Below are positions 26,340 to 32,000 of a stretch of DNA of 32,000 nucleotides, piece by piece; position 1 is the first letter of the stretch, and every line of letters starts with the position of its first letter. The translations under genes were made by a program, and so were the position numbers. Source of the DNA: an archaeon (GTDB lineage: Archaea > Asgardarchaeota > Thorarchaeia > Thorarchaeales > Thorarchaeaceae); NCBI GenBank assembly GCA_024275415.1, contig JAJRZD010000091.1, positions 30,001-62,000 of the forward strand. The letters are read 5' to 3'. Below the pieces are notes generated by a model. It was not told the DNA's origin and did no database searches. It worked only from the letters and a program-made list of their open reading frames with translations.

Positions 26340-29300
26340 TCCCTGAGCATCTCTTCGATTTCTTCAAGGAAGCTTTGTTCTCGCCACCAGCGTAGGTCTC
26401 GTGCCCCAGTTGGACAGATGGCCGCACATGCGCCGCATCCTTCGCATTTCATCTCATCCGTTACGCTCTTTCTGACCCCCGGTGTCAATTCTATCATGGA
26501 CACTGCATCATATGGACATATCTCGGAATAGTAGCATAGGTCACATCCGACACACAATTCTTGATTGACCTCTGCAGTGAGAAGCTCGATCTTTACGGTA
26601 CCAAGATTAAGTGGTACAGTCGCCTCACTTGCAGCTCCGCGTGCCTGATTGACAGAATCCTGGACGTTCTTTGCATAGGTCACACCAAGAAATACGCCTG
26701 GCACTGTGGTTTCGACTGGTCTATATTTCATATGCATCTCTGCAAGGAACCCGTCTTGTCCTCTGTTGATACCAATCGCCTTTGCCAAGTCGTCAATGTC
26801 ATGAGGTGCTTCAAGGCCTAATGCTAGAACCACCATATCTGACCTAATTCTGAAGGTTTCTTGGGCAAGCGTATCATAGATAGTCACTATCGCTTCGTCT
26901 GAGTCCGGGACTTTCTCTACCTTTACCGGATTCTCACGCACCCATCGCAGGTACGATACCCCTTTCTGCCTGTTCTCACGCCACATCTCTTCCATACCAT
27001 TGGCATATGGCCTGATGTGTTCCTTGTATGCAGAGAATATCTTGATATCTGGGAACTTCTCCTTGAGCTCTTTCTGCATGGCTATGACTGCAGAGCAACA
27101 TACTCTCGAGCAGTATCTGTTTCCTTCGCCTGGCGACTGGCGCGAACCCACACAATGGATGAACACAGGATTTTTTGGAGGTTTCTTGAGTTCACCATCC
27201 TTGAGCATCCGTTCTAGCTGTAATGTCGAAATGACCGCAGGAACCTCTCCCCACCCATATTCACCTTGCTTTGGTTCGTACACATCAGTACCAACAGTGA
27301 TCACTATCGTACCGACTCGATAGACCGTTTCCTCTTCTGTGTCTAGATTCTTTACTGTGATATCATAATTCCCGTAGGATCCGTCACGCTTTGTCGGAAC
27401 CGTCTTATACAGCACTCGGATTCTCTTTTCTTTCTCCACCTTCTGTTTCAGGCCATCAATTATGTCCTGAGCCGATTCCATCCTTGGGAATAGATGGTAT
27501 AGTTCGTTCAACCGACCGCCAAGCTTGTCCTCCCTTTCTACGAGGACTACGTTGAATCCCTTCCGAGCAATGTCAAGAGCTGCGGTCATCCCTGAAACAC
27601 CACCGCCCACAACCAGCGTAGTGCGTTCCACCTCTACTTCCTTCAGAGGGATGTCTTCATTGTTCACGGCCTTGGCTACGCCGCTGCGTATCATGTCTTG
27701 AGCCTTCTCCTGTCGCTCCTCTCTGGATGCTTGAGTATGCACCAATGCGAGGTGCTCACGCAATCCCACAGGCCCGACCAGATAATATGGTGATAGCCCT
27801 GCAGCCTCAAGGGCACGTCTGAAGGTTGCTTCGTGTTGTAGAGGTGAACAGGAGCCCACCACAACCCGATTGAGTTTGTGCTCCCTGATGGCATCTGTCA
27901 CAAGCTTCTGCCCGGGGTCGCTACACATGAATATGTAGTCCGTACTGTATGCTACATTCGGGAGGCTTTTCGCCCACTCTGCTAGCCCTGGCGAGCTGAT
28001 TTCATTACCAATAATTCCACCACAATGACAGATGAATACGCCAACCCTAGGCTCCTCTGTGATCTCTGCTGGTTCGATTTCTTCTTTTTCAGGTGGAACT
28101 GGAATGGGCAAAATGGAATGGGCTGCCATTGCTGCACCTTTTCCCTCATTGACTGTATCTGTGCCATCTTTTGGACCATGAGCACAACCAGCCACAAATA
28201 CCCCAGATCTGGTCGTTTCAAGCCCCATCGCATTCGCATGTTTCTCTTTGATCCATCCATTTTCATCAAGTTCAATCTTGAGTATTTTTGCGAGCTTTTC
28301 CATCTCTGGATGGGGTCTAAAGCTTGCATTGAGAACGACCATTGAAACATCCTTGATTTCGATGATATCGCCAGTTTCCGTGTTTTCCATTTTCACATAG
28401 AGGTCATGAGTGTCTGGGTCTTCTTGGATTTGAGCGACTCTGCCTCTGATGAACTCGATTCCTTGATTGTGCTGGCTGTCCCAGAGGAACTCTTCAAGAG
28501 CCTTTCCAGCAGTCCTCATGTCCATGTACGTGTAGATGATTTCGCAGTGATCCTCCGGATAGTGCATTCGGGTCACTTGTGCAAGCTTTGCACCGAACGA
28601 GCAACAGACTCTATTGCAATGTCTGCTATATCCGGATATGTTCTCTCGCACATCCCTACTACCCACGCAATTCACGAAAAGAATCTTCTCAGGTTCTTTT
28701 CCGTCTGACGGTCGTACCATGTGCGAGTCGGTCGGTCCTGTTGGATGTGACTGCCGATCGAATTCTAATGATGTGACGACATTTGGGAATATGCCATAAC
28801 CATATTCTCCATAGTCCAATGGTTTGTACTCCTTGAAGCCGGTCGCAACAATCACCGCCCCAACGTTCAGGTCATACACCTTGTCCTCATCGTCATACAT
28901 GATGCAATCCTGTGGACAGACTCCTGCACAAGTGCCACATCCTATACATGCTTCCCTGTCAATGGTAGCTATGAGTGGGATTTGCTGTGGGAAGTTCATG
29001 TATATGGCCTTGCGGAGTGAGAGACCTTCATCGAATTCGTTTGGAACCTCGACAGGACAAGCCCGGATGCATAACTGACAACCTGTGCACTTGTCTTCAT
29101 TAACATAACGTGCCTGTTTCCTCACAGTGACGGTGAAATCTCCAGCACGCCCCTTGACTTTTTCCACCTCTGATAGTGGATGGATAGTGATGTTCGGGTG
29201 TTTCCCGACATATGAAGTGAGTGGGGTCATGACACAGGCTGAACACTCAAGGGCAGGGAATATCTTGTATACCGCCACATAGTTTCCGCCGATATTCACG

Positions 29301-29440
29301 GATTTCTCGATGATATGAGCATGATGCCCCCCTTCTGCGAGGGCAATCGCAGCGTTGATGCCAGCCATTCCCCCACCGATGATAAGGACATCTGTAGGCT
29401 TTGATGGAGCGACCGGTTTTGGTGCTGATTCGCTGACCAT
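26336..29440 (-). CDS. hdrA: Large HdrA-family flavoprotein with two FAD modules, no MvhD
   Basis: GGGMAG and GGGVSG motifs, KIFPALECSAC, an inserted ferredoxin, an internal ICHCGG...MCSDPGQ...SCSP domain, and C-terminal 2x[4Fe-4S] motifs. Confidence 0.93.
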   Translation of the reverse strand: MVSESAPKPVAPSKPTDVLIIGGGMAGINAAIALAEGGHHAHIIEKSVNIGGNYVAVYKIFPALECSACVMTPLTSYVGKHPNITIHPLSEVEKVKGRAGDFTVTVRKQARYVNEDKCTGCQLCIRACPVEVPNEFDEGLSLRKAIYMNFPQQIPLIATIDREACIGCGTCAGVCPQDCIMYDDEDKVYDLNVGAVIVATGFKEYKPLDYGEYGYGIFPNVVTSLEFDRQSHPTGPTDSHMVRPSDGKEPEKILFVNCVGSRDVRENISGYSRHCNRVCCSFGAKLAQVTRMHYPEDHCEIIYTYMDMRTAGKALEEFLWDSQHNQGIEFIRGRVAQIQEDPDTHDLYVKMENTETGDIIEIKDVSMVVLNASFRPHPEMEKLAKILKIELDENGWIKEKHANAMGLETTRSGVFVAGCAHGPKDGTDTVNEGKGAAMAAHSILPIPVPPEKEEIEPAEITEEPRVGVFICHCGGIIGNEISSPGLAEWAKSLPNVAYSTDYIFMCSDPGQKLVTDAIREHKLNRVVVGSCSPLQHEATFRRALEAAGLSPYYLVGPVGLREHLALVHTQASREERQEKAQDMIRSGVAKAVNNEDIPLKEVEVERTTLVVGGGVSGMTAALDIARKGFNVVLVEREDKLGGRLNELYHLFPRMESAQDIIDGLKQKVEKEKRIRVLYKTVPTKRDGSYGNYDITVKNLDTEEETVYRVGTIVITVGTDVYEPKQGEYGWGEVPAVISTLQLERMLKDGELKKPPKNPVFIHCVGSRQSPGEGNRYCSRVCCSAVIAMQKELKEKFPDIKIFSAYKEHIRPYANGMEEMWRENRQKGVSYLRWVRENPVKVEKVPDSDEAIVTIYDTLAQETFRIRSDMVVLALGLEAPHDIDDLAKAIGINRGQDGFLAEMHMKYRPVETTVPGVFLGVTYAKNVQDSVNQARGAASEATVPLNLGTVKIELLTAEVNQELCVGCDLCYYSEICPYDAVSMIELTPGVRKSVTDEMKCEGCGACAAICPTGARDLRWWREQSFLEEIEEMLRE

Positions 29441-30021
29441 TGGACAAGTCTCCAGCAGGGATTACAACGTAGGTGTGGTCGAGTTGAACGATATAATCTT
29501 TCTGTCATGTTTGACTTAACAATGACTAAACGACATCTCGTTCAGTTTTGAAGCATTGATGCTCTTACTGTATCTACGAATGGTAGCGATGCGGCTGTGT
29601 GACAAGCCTATTGGTTTGAGCCTAAGAGATGCAAGCTGTGATCAGCGCTATTGTGCTGATTCTTTGTCATTGGTGGTTTCAAGTGCATCAAAACTTGTGT
29701 ACTGCATCTCAATACCTTCAGGCAATTGTCTTCGTGTATTGTCCTGTCACGACCTTCTATCTGTTATGGCATTCCTACGCACCATTGGCTTTGAACGAGA
29801 TGATTCCAACTAGCACCAATCATGGAAAACAGATACTGTCGCACTTGTCACACTACTAAGACATCATTGCAACTGTTGAAAATGTTCTACTAAAACACAT
29901 GAAAATTATGAATTTAACAGACAAAACTCTCCTCTCACGCAAACGATTAATACCTTTCAATACAAGTGCTCATCAGGGTAGACTGGCTCAATATCTTCCC
30001 ATCACGAGGCATATAGGTACC

Positions 30022-32000
30022 ATGTGGCGGTTTCCAAACGATGTAAAGTTTCGATTTCACTGGCGTCCCTATCAAGCCCGAGTCTTGAGGGAATTAGAGG
30101 CTCATATGGGCGACAAACGATTGCATGTGGTGGCAGCACCAGCATCAGGAAAGACCGTTCTTGGCCTAGAGGTCGCGAGGCGACTTGATGGACCAACACT
30201 CGTGCTTGCACCAACTCTTGCCATTCGCGACCAATGGATGCAACGACTTGAGGAACTATTCCTTCCTGCTGGTAATAGCACGCCTGATTGGGTTTCATAT
30301 GACCTGACGCGTCCCAGTTTCTTCACGGTTAGCACTTACCAGATGTTACATGCAGTAATGCGCTCTACGGAACACGAGAAACTACCGTCCGATGAGGTCG
30401 AAACAGACACTGAGGTGGTTCTTCAGCAATCTGTAGTAGTCGATGTCGAAGAAGAGGAAGAACAGCAGATGGCTGCTGAAGAGCGCGATGAAAGAAGGGC
30501 ATACTCGTGGCTTAATCTCAAGAGAACAGACCATCGGAATGCACCGCTACCAGATTTAGTTTCACTTCTTGACCAGATTGGAATAAAGACAGTCATTTTG
30601 GACGAGGCACACCATCTGCGATCCAGCTGGTGGAAAAGCCTGACCAATCTAATCAATGACCTTGACGACATCCATCTTCTCGCCCTCACCGCAACCCCTC
30701 CGTATGATGTGTCACCAGCCGAGTGGGATCGTTATATCGCTCTATGTGGGCCTGTCGATGCGGAGATATCGGTTCCAGAGCTAGTCAAGGTCAAGAACCT
30801 GTGCCCTCACCAAGATTTGGTCGTGTTCTCAAGCCCAGTGGACTCTGAGGCTACACAGATAAACAAGTTCAGAGAAGACATAGTGCTTTTCGTTTCAGAC
30901 TTGATGAAGAACGAAATCTTCATCAGATTCATTGCAAGCCATCCATGGATTCGGTTTCCTTACAGGCATTTGGACGTAGTCTTGCAGGAATCGGATGTTT
31001 ACACAAGCATGCTGGTTTTTTTAAATCGTGTTGGCGAGTTCATTCCTATCAATGCACTTTCGCTGGTGGCTGACGACATCACCGAATTACCATCATTCAA
31101 TTACGAATGGCTAGAGTTGTTGCTTACTGGCATCTTCTATCCCCGAGAAGGCAAACGTCCAAAATATGATCCTGCAATCGAGGATTTTCGCAAGCGGTTA
31201 CGGGACATCGGCGCGCTCCAGAGGCGAAAGGTCGTTCTGCGGAATCCTGACTTCATTGGGAAGCTGCTCAAGCGAAGCGTGTCCAAGATGGATAGCATTG
31301 TAGACATTGCCAATGTGGAGTTTGGTGCTTATGGTGATAGGCTCAGGATGGTCGTACTTGCAGATTACATTCGCAAAGATTACCTCCCCTCAAAGGGCAA
31401 CTCTGAACCTGAACTTGATAAGCTTGGTGTAGTCCCTATATTCGAGAGGCTTCGCAGGTCTGACATATCAAACGCCAAGTTAGCTGTGCTCACTGGTTCT
31501 GTGCTAATTATCCCCACGGAATCCGAAGTTCTGTTCAGGAACATTGCAATCGATGTTGGTATCACTGGCAATGATATCGAGCTATCATCATTGCCATATG
31601 ACACACGATACCAGCTCGTGAAAGTACTATCACAGGATCGCCATAAAATGGTACGAGTCATGACCGATCTCTTCTCTTCGGGCGGGATTAACATCCTTGT
31701 GGGTACAAAATCATTGCTTGGCGAGGGATGGGACGCTCCATCCATCAACTCACTAATCATATCAAGCATAGTCGGCTCCTTCATGTTGTCTAATCAGATG
31801 AGAGGTAGGGCTATCCGCACTGAACCAGGGAACCCTCAGAAGACCGCCAACATCTGGCATCTTGTGTGTGTCGAACCGAATAGTGCAACACCCGGAGAGG
31901 ATTATGAAACCATTGTCCGAAGGTTCAGGGCATTTGTCGGGGTTTCTCAGGCTGAATCGCTCATCGAGAATGGTTTTGGACGGCTAATGATAGGTGAACC
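30022..32000 (+). CDS. SF2 DEAH-box helicase (ResIII/UvrB-like N-terminal fold); 3' end runs off the window
   Basis: Missing from the ORF track; translated by hand from ATG 30022. Contains WRPYQ, APASGKT, LDEAHH, LTATPP, GTKSLLGEGWDAP and QMRGRAIR. No in-frame stop in the stretches translated. Confidence 0.88.
   Translation, partial: MWRFPNDVKFRFHWRPYQARVLRELEAHMGDKRLHVVAAPASGKTVLGLEVARRLDGPTLVLAPTLAIRDQWMQRLEELFLPAGNSTPDWVSYDLTRPSFFTVSTYQMLHAVMRSTEHEKLPSDEVETDTEVVLQQSVVVDVEEEEEQQMAAEERDERRAYSWLNLKRTDHRNAPLPDLVSLLDQIGIKTVILDEAHHLRSSWWKSLTNLINDLDDIHLLALTATPPYDVSPAEWDRYIALCGPVDAEISVPELVKVKNLCPHQDLVVFSSPVDSEATQINKFREDIVLFVSDLMKNEIFIRFIASHPWIRFPYRHLDVVLQESDVYTSMLVFLNRVGEFIPINALSLVADDITELPSFNYEWLELLLTGIFYPREGKRPKYDPAIEDFRKRLRDIGALQRRKVVLRNPDFIGKLLKRSVSKMDSIVDIANVEFGAYGDRLRMVVLADYIRKDYLPSKGNSEPELDKLGVVPIFERLRRSDISNAKLAVLTGSVLIIPTESEVLFRNIAIDVGITGNDIELSSLPYDTRYQLVKVLSQDRHKMVRVMTDLFSSGGINILVGTKSLLGEGWDAPSINSLIISSIVGSFMLSNQMRGRAIRTEPGNPQKTANIWHLVCVEPNSATPGEDYETIVRRFRAFVGVSQAESLIENGFGRLMIGE

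Noticed and set aside
20909-29440. Selenocysteine recoding in HdrA or MvhD, as known in some methanogens and Asgard archaea
   Set aside because: The candidate positions are ordinary Cys codons (TGT AGC ATG TGT for CSMC; TGT TCA GCC TGT for CSAC), and both ORFs, including the MvhD domain, are open with no in-frame TGA.
11454-29440. Methanogenesis or methane oxidation inferred from the hdr genes
   Set aside because: No mcr, mtr or C1-pathway genes are in the window, and Hdr is widespread in non-methanogens.
29441-30021. Short ORFs 29556-29813 and 29629-29859 in the AT-rich gap
   Set aside because: They overlap each other, have no motifs and no convincing start signals; treated as non-coding.
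323-31784. The many 60-210 aa ORFs antisense to or overlapping the called genes
   Set aside because: They are shadow frames of well-supported CDSs and carry no independent motifs.
30022-32000. Type III restriction-modification system
   Set aside because: No Mod methyltransferase is upstream and no nuclease motif was recognised in the available part; the C-terminus lies outside the window.
1-32000. rRNA, tRNA, CRISPR arrays, IS elements, integrases
   Set aside because: None was recognisable by eye. A covariance-model search would be needed to exclude small RNAs in the gaps at 19315-20276 and 29441-30021.

Overview
A gene-dense, roughly 50% GC archaeal window. An Asgard (Thorarchaeia-like) origin is inferred from gene repertoire and promoter style, not from a marker gene. 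It reads as an anaerobic acyl-CoA/redox locus. Left to right: two tandem FadD-type acyl-CoA ligases divergent from a 2-hydroxyacyl-CoA dehydratase trio (HadC/HadB/HadI-like); a four-subunit 2-oxoacid:ferredoxin oxidoreductase (korDABC); a membrane-tethered wHTH regulator with a surface protein; two methanogen-like hdrCB pairs flanking a radical SAM gene; membrane and surface genes including a second membrane wHTH and a very acidic type-I membrane protein; a GNAT; an hdrA-mvhD fusion with hdrC-hdrB; a convergent second giant hdrA coupled to a DUF2096-like gene; and a partial SF2 helicase. Both HdrA proteins are permuted, asymmetric two-FAD single chains. No rRNA, tRNA, CRISPR array, IS element or in-frame Sec codon was seen. 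All family assignments come from motif recognition by eye; no searches were run.
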